Shown: piece after piece, positions 13,960 to 24,898 of the stretch
How the letters are laid out: each line of letters opens with the position of its first letter
Position numbering within the stretch: the first letter of the stretch is position 1
Assembly: GCA_951406725.2 (NCBI GenBank)
Contig: OX597825.1
Location: forward strand, 76,632,001-76,696,000
Reading direction: 5' to 3'
Length of the DNA stretch: 64,000 bases
From: Octopus vulgaris
Lineage: Eukaryota
The notes under the pieces: model-generated
Seen by the model: only the letters and a program-made list of their open reading frames with translations
Databases searched by the model: none
Told to the model about the DNA's origin: nothing
Program-made: the position numbers and the translations under genes

Positions 13960-14411
13960 TAACAGACGAACGAACAAGGAGATTATTATACATTGTAAAT
14001 TATTGTATGGTGGACGAGACTAAAGGGGCTAAAGACAAACACTTCTCTCTTTGGTCAATCCTTGATTAAATAAAAGCAGAGAAGAAAGAGTTGCTTTCTC
14101 GCCAGTTTGAAAGGTGGATGAGAGTGGGGAGAACCATGCGAGTGAACGAGCCTGCCATGAGCATATGTCAGTAGTTAGAGAAAAGGCACCTGCCCCCAGA
14201 AGTTAGGACTGCCATGGTTTTGTGTTTTTTTTTTCTATGAGCAGCTCTCGAACGTCTCCTCCCTATCGAGAATTATACATCGTTGTTTATTTTCCAGTAT
14301 GTTAAACCTGTTTACGCGCAAAAAACCCTCACAACAACACAGATTCACACACATTCTTTGTTTTGTCTTGTACTGTCCTTAATGTAAACACTTTGTGGTC
14401 AATAAAGAAAT
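13960..14411 (+). mobile_element. L1/Tx1-like LINE 3' end
   Basis: Encodes IVWWTRLKGLKTNTSLFGQSLI and QFERWMRV, followed by a UTR ending TTGTGGTCAATAAAGAAAT. Confidence 0.5.
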
Positions 14412-14448
14412 CCTCCTCCTCCTCATTATTATTATTATTATTATTATT

Positions 14449-14484
<36 letters not shown>

Positions 14485-14504
14485 ATTATTATTATTATTA
14501 TCAT

Positions 14505-15649
14505 TATTCAGTAGTTTTATTTTTATAGCGTGCTTTCACTTCACTACCGAGCACAGCTCTGTGTGCCTTGGGTATGTGCTGTGATTTGTTGTGATGCTCT
14601 GATGGTTATTGTATGGAAAGTGTTCTGCGTAGGATGTGTGCAGTGCCTAGTAGTGCAATTTTCTGTATATTATATGTGTTTGTAAGTCCTGGTGTTTTTG
14701 TTATGTATTTGTCTGAATATTTTTTTAAAATGCCTAATGCACCTACTATGATAGGAATTGTTTCTGTTTTCAGATTCCACATTCTAGTTACCTCTATTTC
14801 CAGGTCTTTGTATTTTGAGAGTTTCTCCATTTCTTTTAGAGACACGTTGTCATCAGCCGGTATTGATACATCAATTAGAAAGCATTTTTTTCTTCATGAT
14901 CTCTGACAACTATATCTGGTCTGTTGGCCTTAATTTCTCTATCTGTGTGTATCGGCATATCCCAGAGTATGGTTGCTTTCTCGTTTTCTGTGACCTTTTC
15001 TGGTGTGTGCCTATACCATCTTTTTTCTGTCGTTATTCCATAATGTTGGCATAGCTTCCAATGTATGTAGGTTCCAACTCTGTCATGTCTGTGAATATAT
15101 TCCTTCTTAGCCAAGACTGGGCAGCTAGAGATAATATGATTTATTGTTTCTTGTCCATCTCCACATATTCTGCAGTTACTTGTAATATTTCTTTTCATTA
15201 CATGTTTTTGGTAATTTCTGGTGGGGAGGCTTTGGTCTTGTGCTGCAATTAAAAATCCCCCTGTTTCTGCTTTGAGTCCTGAGCTTCTCAACCATTGCTG
15301 GGATTTTTCTTTGTCTATTTCTTTTGCGTTTAGTTTAGTCCAGTATTTACCATGAAGGGGCTTTTCTTGCCATCGTTTTATCATGGTTCGTTGCTGTTCT
15401 ATTTTTAGTTTGGATTTCATTTGTTTTATAGCTTTTGTTGTTTCTTCATCTTCTTCTTCTTCTTCATGTTTATTAGGTGGTATGATTTCTTGTTCGTATT
15501 TGTCAGCTTCCTTAAATACTGAGAACAGTTTTTTGTTTTGCTCGTGTTTTGCCGCTATTTGGATCAGTTTTCCTTCCTTCTGAAGTAGATATTTTTGCAG
15601 TCCTATGGTGGTTATTTTATAGTAGTTTTCCAGCTGTATAAGGCCTCTA

Positions 15650-15650
<1 letters not shown>
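14505..15650 (-). mobile_element. Young 5'-truncated Dong/R4-like LINE (Zn knuckle plus REL endonuclease)
   Basis: Frame open from RGLIQLENYY through CRICG..ETINHIISSC (CCHC), RHDRV and RPDIVV. After one frameshift it continues EKLSKYKDL..IPIIVGALG..LGTAHILRRTL. Both ends lie in (TAA)n. Confidence 0.92.
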
Positions 15651-15692
<42 letters not shown>

Positions 15693-15694
<2 letters not shown>

Positions 15695-15891
15695 GGCAGC
15701 GAGCTGGCAGAATCGTTAGCGTGCCAGGCAAAATGCTTAGCGGCATTTCGTCTGTCTTTTCATTCTGAGTGCAAATTCTGCTGAGGTTGACTTGCTTTTC
15801 ATTATTTCGGGGTCTATAAAACAGGTACCAGTTGAGTACTGGGGTTGATGTAATCGACTTCCCCCACCCCCTTTCTCCAATAATAGAAAGG

Positions 15892-15893
<2 letters not shown>
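15693..15893 (+). mobile_element. SINE family A (short-tail form)
   Basis: Head AAGGCAGCGAGCTGGCAGAATCGTTAGC, core and an (ATT)n tail. Confidence 0.88.
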
Positions 15894-15950
<57 letters not shown>

Positions 15951-16027
15951 CATCATCATTATTATTGTTGTTGTTGTTATTATTATTATTTTTATTATTA
16001 TTATTATTATTATCATTATTATTGTTG

Positions 16028-16101
<74 letters not shown>

Positions 16102-16127
16102 TTTATTACTACTATTATTATTATTAA

Positions 16128-16498
16128 CGGTATCTGGTCTCCGAGCTTTAATCACTGAATCACACACATGATCTTATACACATTATTCTCGGTGACACCT
16201 TCTAGATTATTCTCATACCATTTCAATCTCCCTTCAAGACTATACTTATTACGCAATATCCAATGGACTTACAGAGTTGTATCATTATGTCTCCTTTAGT
16301 ATTGTTTCTGAGTCAATTTGCTACTTTCAGTTATATGTTGGTGATGATGAAGAAAATGGTATGGAATCTGCGATGGTTTATTTTTAGGGCCAATTTTCTT
16401 TACTCATCTTTAGTATGAAGGAAACGAATAAGAAATGAATCTGTTAGCAAGAAAGGATAACAGCCATGGATACCAAAGGTAAGATTCTCCAGGATTGT
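16128..16498 (-). mobile_element. Degenerate Dong/R4-like LINE fragment
   Basis: Minus strand encodes SKLTQKQY*RRHND, KWYENNLEGVTENN and CDSVIKARRPD. Confidence 0.7.
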
Positions 16499-16815
16499 AA
16501 GGCGGCGAGCTGGCAGAAACGTTAGCACGTCGGGCGAAATGCGTAGCCGTATTTCGTCTGCCGTTACGTTCTGAGTTCAAAATCCGCCATGGTCGACTTT
16601 GCCTTTCATCCTCTCGGGGTCGATGAATTAAGTACCAGTTACGCACTGGGGTCGATATAATATATTTAATCCGTTTGTCTGTCCTTGTTAGTCTCCTCTG
16701 TGTTTAGCCCCTTGTGGGTAGTAAAGAAATAGGTATTTCGTCTGCCGTTACATTCTGAGCTCAAATTCCGCCGAGGTTGACTTTGCTTTTCATCCCTTCG
16801 GGGTCGATAAATTTA
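16499..16815 (+). mobile_element. SINE family A, full unit plus partial second unit
   Basis: Long-tail unit to about 16731, then the body restarts at GTATTTCGTCTG. Confidence 0.9.
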
Positions 16816-16941
16816 GTTATGGTTAAAGCATCCACTGAAAGTTTCCAGGAATAAAAAAGAGGGCTTCCAATGAACTTGATATCTCTTGAAGATCCCTTAA
16901 TCAGCTTTCGAAAAAACAGAGAAATGAACATTCCACTTATA

Positions 16942-18890
16942 CTGCGTTTTCCCGAAAATAAAACCTACCCAGAAAATAAGACCTAGCATGATTTTTCAGG
17001 ATGATTTTAATAAGCCCTAGTTGAGAGCGGCAGACAGACGAAAGAAATAAGCAGCCTCTTCATATTGATTTAAACCGCTTTGTTGCGGTGTAATCACTGT
17101 TCAAAATATCTTTTTGGCGGCTAAAGATAACAACCTCATAAAATCTATCCTGGTGTCTCTTTTGTAACCAAAATATTAATAAGCTATACATTAATCGACA
17201 GCCCGGGTTCGGAGCTTTCAAATGTGTCATGTAGCGTTTTCATCAGTGGTCAGTACTGGTCAGCAGATGCAAAAAAAAAAGAAAGAAAAGCAATAATGTA
17301 TACATTTTTTTTCAAGGCAGAAATATCCCAGAAATCAATATGATGAATGGGAAATCATTTGTCAGGTCATTTTCACTCCAAGACAAGATGAGTGCAAGAA
17401 GAACGAGTTATTCCATCGAGTACAAGGATAGAATCGTGGCGAAATCACTGGGCAAGAATCTTACAGCTTTCTGCAAAGACAAGGGTTTGGATCTCCGAAT
17501 GGTTCGAAAATGGCAAGTACGATAAACTCCGTCAACAAGTGAACGAGAGAAATGCAAAGAAACGCAAGTGTAGATCAAGTCGGCAACTGCCATTTTCTAA
17601 ACTGGAAGGCGCCATCTGTGAATGGGTTGCTGACAGGAGAGCAAAGGCTTTGGTTGTTCGCAGGACTGATATTCAAGCATTTGCCTTTGCAACTGCACCA
17701 CAGTTTGGTATATTTCCAGAAGAATTCAAATCCATCACAACACTGGCTGGGTGGTTTTCTTCAGCGTCATGAACTTTTTCTGAGAAGGCCGACAGCACTG
17801 TTCAAACTGGAAGATACCGTGATTATTAAATGTGCACTTGCATTTAAGTCCTTTCTTGATGGTATGGACTTTTCTAAATACCATCTCTCCAACATGATTG
17901 CTATGGAGGACACTGCAGTATTCATGGGCCAAGGATTTCAATCAACAATTGATCAAAGGGGTGCGTCGTCAATCTACATTCCTTTCACTGGTTACGAAAG
18001 TGCACGAGTTACGTGTATTTTGGCAATTCGTCTCGATGGAAGTAAAGCCCCACCTCTAATCATCACTAAAGGCAGAGAGGATAAAATTGAACACGTTTCA
18101 GGCATCTGTGTCCAGAAAAATGAAATGACATGATGCACACAGGTAGCTTTAAGGAAGTGGATCGATTTCATGCTGTCACTTATTTTGCGAGGAGGCCAAA
18201 GAGGTTTGGTAGCCTGGGATTCAGCCAGCACGCAGCTTGCAAAAGACACGAAGAACTTCCTTCGTGTCTTCATGAAAGAAGAATAGATCAAATCATGATG
18301 CCAGCAGGAATGACTGCCTATCTCCAGTCTCTTGACATTGAAATAAATAAGCCATTCAAGGACCATTTACGCATGGAAATCAATGACTTCATTGAAGAGA
18401 GATTCGTGAGAAATCAGCGTGGAAATTTTGTGAAACCCAGCCTGCGAGAGATCATAACTTGGGTGACGAATTCATGGAACAAAATCACAGACAGCTATGT
18501 TGCCAATGGACTATGAACAGGCTACCTGGACAAGAACTTCTCACTCAACAAGACCTCCATTGCTCAGCATGAGAGATTGGGGACAAACGTTGTGCAGGAA
18601 ATGGAGCCACACGAATACTCCGCAGGAATTTTGAAATCCGGTGATTTGCAGAACAATGACATTTCAGAGACGATGACATTACTGTTTTTAAATAATTGGT
18701 TGTTAATTAGTTTCTAAGTAAGAGAACATGTAAATCGTAAAGTAAACGTAGGTCATTTTCCCTAATTTCTGTTAGTAATTTCGTAATTTTCTGTTTTGTA
18801 ATGTCGTTTTTGGGTACGTGAAAAAATACGAACTCCCCTGAAAATATGCCCTAGTGCGTCATTTCGGAGTGAAAATTCGGGGAAATACGG
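16942..18890 (+). mobile_element. pogo-family (Tc1/mariner superfamily) DNA transposon, decayed
   Basis: Imperfect TIRs: TA|CTGCGTTTTCCCGAA and TTCGGGGAAATACGG. Subterminal GAAAATAAGACCTA-like repeats. Encloses a frameshifted transposase. Confidence 0.85.
17388..18690 (+). pseudogene. pogo transposase pseudogene (Brinker-like DBD, CENP-B HTH, DDE_1; POGK-like layout)
   Basis: ORF pieces RRTSYSIEYK, LEGAICEWV, WLGGFLQRH, MIAMEDTAV and PAGMTAYLQSLDIEINKPFK lie across several frameshifts and stops. Confidence 0.88.
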
Positions 18891-19139
18891 AATTAAGACA
18901 TTCTATACCTATTTTTGTCCAACCCCATTTACACACACACACAGACACACACACAGTGTATTTACAAAGAATCTTCGTCAACGTAAAGTAATAGTCATGT
19001 ATTAAGAGTGTTCACGTTTACCATTAAAACTCCGGCTTGAACTGCAACTGAAAACTGTGCTGTTGAAATTGCCTTTCAAAGGTGGCTAGAAGTGGTTCAT
19101 CATTGAGCAGGTAGATAATCATTAAGACAGATAATCGTT

Positions 19140-19300
19140 TCTACTCAAGGTACAAGGCCCATAGTTTTGGGGGAGGAACCATATGCTTAGATCGACCCCA
19201 GTACGCAAATGGTACTTAATTTATCGACCCCGAAAGGATGAAAGGCATAGTCGATCTCGGCGGAATTTGAACTCAAAACGTAAAGACAGACGAAATACAT
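19140..19300 (-). mobile_element. Partial SINE family A
   Basis: Core ATCGACCCCGAAAGGATGAAAGGC and B-box. Confidence 0.8.
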
Positions 19301-21197
19301 TAAGACAGATAATGAACAAGCAAAGCATTTGGCATCATTCAAGAACATTTAATTTAAAATTATAATATAAACATAGTACAAAGTAGTTATGATGAATTTT
19401 TATAACTACTTTGCAGTATGTTTATGGTATAAATTAAATGTTCAAGAATGATGCAAAATGTTTAGCTTATTCGTTATCTGTTTTAATGTATGTGTGTGTG
19501 TGTGTGCGTATGTATATATATTGAGTTGTCAGTTAAATTGGTTCGTTTTCTCCCCATTTTAATTCTTACCAATGTAATTGGAATTAAGACGAAAATAGTT
19601 TTATCATAGTGTTTTATTTTCGTTGTTGTTGTCGTTCTATTCTCTGTCTTCAACGTTTGTTTATCATTTTGAAATTTGAATACATTTTCTCCTTTGTCAG
19701 ACATAATAACAAAGTGAGTAGCAGTGAGTAGCATAGAAAAAAAGGAAAAAGAGAAAACGAAAAAATTTATCTGACAACCCTATAAATACTTGATGAGCTT
19801 AGATTAAGTCGTCACGGTTTCGATTTCTCACTGAAAGTTATTGATTATGTTCACACTTAATGTTTGTTATTGCTTAATGTTTGTTCTTCATTTTTAATGG
19901 TTTAGTTGAGAAGGTAAAGAAAGGGCACATGCGCCTCTGAAGGGACCCAGAGATAAGCGGAAATTACCTACAGATCGAAGACCAAGCCTGAAAATTTATA
20001 ACGGAGTTGGCCCCGCCGAAAGCACTCAAGAACAAAGTATTTTCTCTCACTCAAACGGACTATGGCAAACGTATTCAGGGAGAATGTTTTGGTCTTAAAC
20101 TGTACGATGGAGTGAATGTACTCGCCAAATATACTCAAGTGTTTACTCTTACCAAATTCAACGCTAAAAGTATCTATTGAACAAGTACTAAGCTAAGTGA
20201 CAGAGTAAATGTATCCCCACTACCAAATCTCCTACGCCAAAGCCACCCAGGGACCGACTGTTGGTGTTATTCCTGGCAACAGATTAAGTTTATATTTCCA
20301 CCCGTGAGAAATGGAATAGGCCTAACGCATCCAAGTGTTGGTGTTTGAATAAGCGATTGATTAATTTTATCATCGAAGAGGACCACCGAAAAGTCAATCG
20401 TTGGCTTTAAAACAAAGTAAATGCACCCCCTTTCAAATGAACTACACCAATGGTACCCTTATGAAATAGATTACGTCCAAAGACATCTAGAGGTCAATTA
20501 TCGGTGTTGAACTGGGCAACAGCTGAGTTTATCACACCCTTCCGCCCCCGAATAGATTACACCAAAGGGAACCAAGAACCAAGTGTTGGGTTTAAGATGG
20601 GTGACGAAATAAATGTACTCTCTAGCAAAGCGACTAGGCCGAAGGGTGAACGGAGAAAAGTTTACTCCTTACGATACGGGCTACTACTACTACTGCTACT
20701 ACTGCTGCTTCTGCTGCTGCTGCTGCTGTTGCTACTGCTGCTGTTGCTAGCAACAGCAGCAGCAGTGGAAGTGGTAGTAGTAGTAGTAGTTCTAGTAGTA
20801 ACAGCAGCTGTAGTACTGGTCGTGTACGTTATGGCAGCCGGTCTGTCTCTATTGGTTTTTCAAATTTCTGAGACAATATGTCGGTCGCAGTTCCTGATAG
20901 AAGTGTCTCGCCGTCTATTTTTTTCTTTTCTTTTAGCGACTGGTCAAGATTCGAACTCATGATGAACAGAGCCGGAATAAATATCACAAGGCATCCCGTC
21001 GGAAGCTCAAATGATTCTACCAAATTACCGCTTTCGGCAAGTACAATTTTTTTCCTTATTTATCGAACTGAAAGACAAAGTTGGCCTCGGTAGGATTCGA
21101 ACCCACAGCATAATGAGTCGGTACTTATAATGCGAGATATTCTTTTGAACATTCTTACCACTTCAACACTTTGCTGAGCTATAAAGAAACCAAATCC

Positions 21198-21341
21198 CAT
21201 GGCTGTGTGGTTTCAGGTTCAGTTCCACTGCGGTGATACTTTAGTCAAGTATCGTATCTTCTACTGTAGGCTCGGGTCGAGCAAAGCCTTGTCAATGGAT
21301 TTGGTTGACAGAAACCGAAAGAAGCCCAACATCGCTCCCCA

Positions 21342-21413
<72 letters not shown>

Positions 21414-21690
21414 TTTATTTAAAGCAGCATATTACTCTACCACTGGTATTTGAGTACTCTTTTTTCCACCTTGTTTCACATTTATGTGTTTACTCCGGTA
21501 TATATATATATATATATATATATATTATGTGTGTGTGTGCTTGTGTGTTGGTTTCCCTTCACTGTTAGGCAATCAAAAGAGATCGATAGGACAAGAACAA
21601 GGTTTAAAATTAAGAACTAGGTACTGGAATCGATTTGTTTAAGTCTGTATCCCAGCATGTTCGCAGGATAATGACTGAAACACAGAAAAG
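21198..21690 (+). mobile_element. Degenerate SINE family B with expanded internal microsatellite
   Basis: Head ATGGCTGTGTGG..GGTTCAGTTCCACTGCG. Tail AAAAGAGATCGATAGGA..ATGACTGAAACA. Confidence 0.65.
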
Positions 21691-21834
21691 AAAATACAAG
21701 AAACACTGATTAAAGGATCAAATCTCGCATAGACTGATTTCTCAGCGCTCATACTGCTGTAGACCAAGTGGCAGTTGTTGTTGTTGTTATTGTGATGTTG
21801 TTATTGTCATTGTGATGTTGTTTTAGGTTATTCT

Positions 21835-22038
21835 TTTGCTTGTTTCAGTCATTTGACTGCGGCCATGCTGGAGCACCGCCTTTAGTCGAGCAACTCGACC
21901 CCGGAACTTCTTTTGTAAGCCCAGTACTTATTCTATCGGTCTCTTTTGCCGAACCGCTAAGTAACGGGGACATAAACACACCACCATCGGTTGTCAAGTA
22001 ATGCTAAAGACACACACACAAACACACACACACATACA

Positions 22039-22117
<79 letters not shown>

Positions 22118-22280
22118 GACGGGCTTCTTTCAGTTTCCGTCTACCAAATCCACTCACAAGGCTTTGGTCGGCCCGAAGATATAGTAGAAGACACCTGCCC
22201 AAGGTGCCACGCAGTGGGACTGAACCCGGAACCATGTGGTTGGTAAACAAGCTACTTACCACACAGCCACTCCTGCGCCT
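21835..22280 (-). mobile_element. SINE family B (tRNA head, CORE-like TTGGGCAAG, internal TA/TG microsatellite)
   Basis: Minus strand reads GTGGCTGTGTGGTAAG...GGTTCAGTCCCACTGCGTGGCACCTTGGGCAGG. Homologous to 40875, 49250 and 61365. Confidence 0.88.
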
Positions 22281-22526
22281 AACCTCCAGCCACACCCGAT
22301 CGATCTTACATATAATTCAAAGTGATCCAACAGTATCGATAGCCTCTTTTATTTTCAAAGTTTGTCCTGTCTTTCAAAACGGTAGAACGTATGCGAGACT
22401 TCGTTGCTATTCCTTGCATTTTGTGTGCCCTTATCGCGAGTTCCGTCGTTTACGCATCAAATATAGGTATGCTTTCTAGTAAGTGCTGTAACTCTTCATG
22501 GTGTTTATTAATAATTAGGTGCTATT

Positions 22527-23290
22527 AAGGCGGCGATCTGGCAGAATCGTTAGCACGCCGGGCGAAATGCGTAGCCGTATTTCGTCTGCCGTTACGTTGT
22601 GAGTTCAAATTCCGCCGAGGTCGATTTTGCCTTTCATCCTTTCGGGGTCGATTAAATGAGTACCAGTTACGCACTGAGGTCGATGTAATCGACTTAATGC
22701 CTTTACCTGTCCTAGTTTGTCCCCTCTATGTTTAGCCCCCTGTGCGCAATAAAGAAATTACAAACGTTAGCATGCTGGGCGAAATACTTAACGGTATTTC
22801 GTCTGCCGCTACGTTCTGAGTTCAAATTCTGCTGAGGTCGACTTTGCCTTTCATCCTCTCGGAGTTGATTAAATAAGTACCAGTTACGCACTGGGGTCGA
22901 TATAATCGACTTAATCCGTTTGTCTGTCCTTGTTTGTCTTCTCTGTGTAAAGAAATAGGTATTTCGTCTGTCACTACGTTCTGAGTTCAAATTCCGCCGA
23001 GATTGACTTTGCCTTTCATCCTTTCGGAGTCGATAAATTAAGTACCAGTTACGTACTGGAATCGAGCTAATCGACTGATTTCCTCCCCTCAAATTTCGGT
23101 CCTTGTGCCAAGAGTAGAAAAGAATCGTTACCGCGCCGGGCAAAATGCTTAGCGGCGTTTCATCTGTGTTTACGTTCTAGGTTCAAATGTCCCCAGTGTC
23201 GTCTTTACCTTTCATCCTTTTGGGGCTGATAAAATTGATTTAATCAACTCAGTCCCACCCACGAAATTACTGGCTTTGATCCAAAATTTT
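22527..23290 (+). mobile_element. Head-to-tail concatemer of about four SINE family A units
   Basis: B-box and core occur four times, at about 22600, 22815, 22980 and 23175. Confidence 0.88.
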
Positions 23291-23721
23291 AAACAAATAA
23301 TTAGGTACTATAGTGTCACCAAACTGGAGAGCATGGTTTGATTCGGATGCCTATAGCCTTCTCTTTACACAGAGGAAAAACATGGCGGAGCGAAAATATG
23401 TCCGAGAAACATCGTCACATTAAATACAAATACTGTAGGTTCCTTTATATGCAAGATGACGAGTTGAAAATCGTCGGTTAACAGTGATTATGCTAATATT
23501 AGGCAGAAACTCCCTATATGCGTGCTTAAAAAATCTCAATTCAACAAAAAAGGAGTGGAGAGAGAGGGAGAGAGAGAGAGAGCCTCTTGAATTTGTACGA
23601 AGGTGGAAAAAGAGAGGTTCAATACGGACAGTAAAATCTTATAGTATGTTTTGAGGATCTGAAACTTCGCAAATCGTACTTGCATCTTTGAGTTTCACGT
23701 TTGATATCTGCGAACGATTCT

Positions 23722-24020
23722 CGGCTTAGTGGTCAGAGTATTTGGCTCCCGATCGTAAGGTCGTTAGTTCGATCCCTGATGGCGTGTTGTGTTCTTCAGC
23801 AAGACACTTTGCTTCGTGTTGCTCCAGTCTACTCAAATAGCACAAATGTCACAAAAATAGCTACTTTGTCATATTATGAGTCCTGCTGAATCTCCATGAG
23901 AACTACGTTAAGGGTGCTCGTGTCTGTAGAATGCTCAGCCACTTGCATGTTAATTCCAGGAGCAGGCTGTTCCGTTTATCGGATCATCTGGAGCTCTCGT
24001 CATCTTATCCGACGGAACTC
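23722..24020 (+). mobile_element. SINE family C
   Basis: A-box GGCTTAGTGG and B-box GTTCGATCC. The body GAGAACTACGTTAA..GCTCAGCCACTTGCA is shared with 49790-50100. Confidence 0.85.
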
Positions 24021-24067
24021 CAGCTAGTGACTATTTTGAAGGTAGAAGAATTTTGGGTGGATGTAGA

Positions 24068-24236
24068 ACGTAATATCAATGTCAAATGTGGTATAAATGT
24101 CAGAATAGAAAAATTAATGTCAAACGTGAAATAAATAATGTGAACGTGATATAAATGTCAAAAACGTGAAATAATCGTCAAATGTGATAGAAATATCAAG
24201 CGTAATTTAAATGTCAAAAGATGAAATAAATGTCCA
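24068..24236. repeat. Degenerate minisatellite, unit about 18 bp (AAATGTGATATAAATGTC-like)
   Basis: Repeated AATGTCAAA.GTGA.ATA motifs. Confidence 0.7.
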
Positions 24237-24421
24237 GCATAATTACACACACACACACATGCATATATGAGTATTTATATGTATATATCCGCATATATAT
24301 ATATATCACTATAAATACGAGGGTAAAAATTATTAAATAATTTATTACCATGTCCGCATGTATAATAAAAGTCAATATGACGTGAAATATTTGTTTATCA
24401 GTGTATATAAATACACAAAGA

Positions 24422-24644
24422 GAAGACCATCGATAGGACTTCTTACATGCTAGAAAGGGCAGTCAAAACCGAAACCACGAAAAGAATTCCTAAGGCACGT
24501 TGCATGTGGGCACTAGAATGAACAAAAATTCAGTGAATTTTTGTTCATTCTAGTGCCCACATGCAACGTGCCTTAGGAATTCTTTTCGTGGTTTCGGTTT
24601 TGACTGCCCTTTCTAGCATGTAAGAAGTCCTATCGATGGTCTTC
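24422..24644. repeat. Perfect palindrome, 111-bp arms, 1-nt spacer at 24533
   Basis: GAAGACCATCG...AAAAATTCA g TGAATTTTT...CGATGGTCTTC. Extends imperfectly to about 24392-24672. Confidence 0.97.
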
Positions 24645-24674
24645 ACTTCGTGTATTTATACATTCTGTAAACAC

Positions 24675-24736
<62 letters not shown>

Positions 24737-24822
24737 GGGTTTGTATGATTGTGTATAGAGGGATATATATATATATATATATATATGCGTATGTATGCAT
24801 GGCTGTATCTATATGTCTTCTG

Positions 24823-24898
<76 letters not shown>

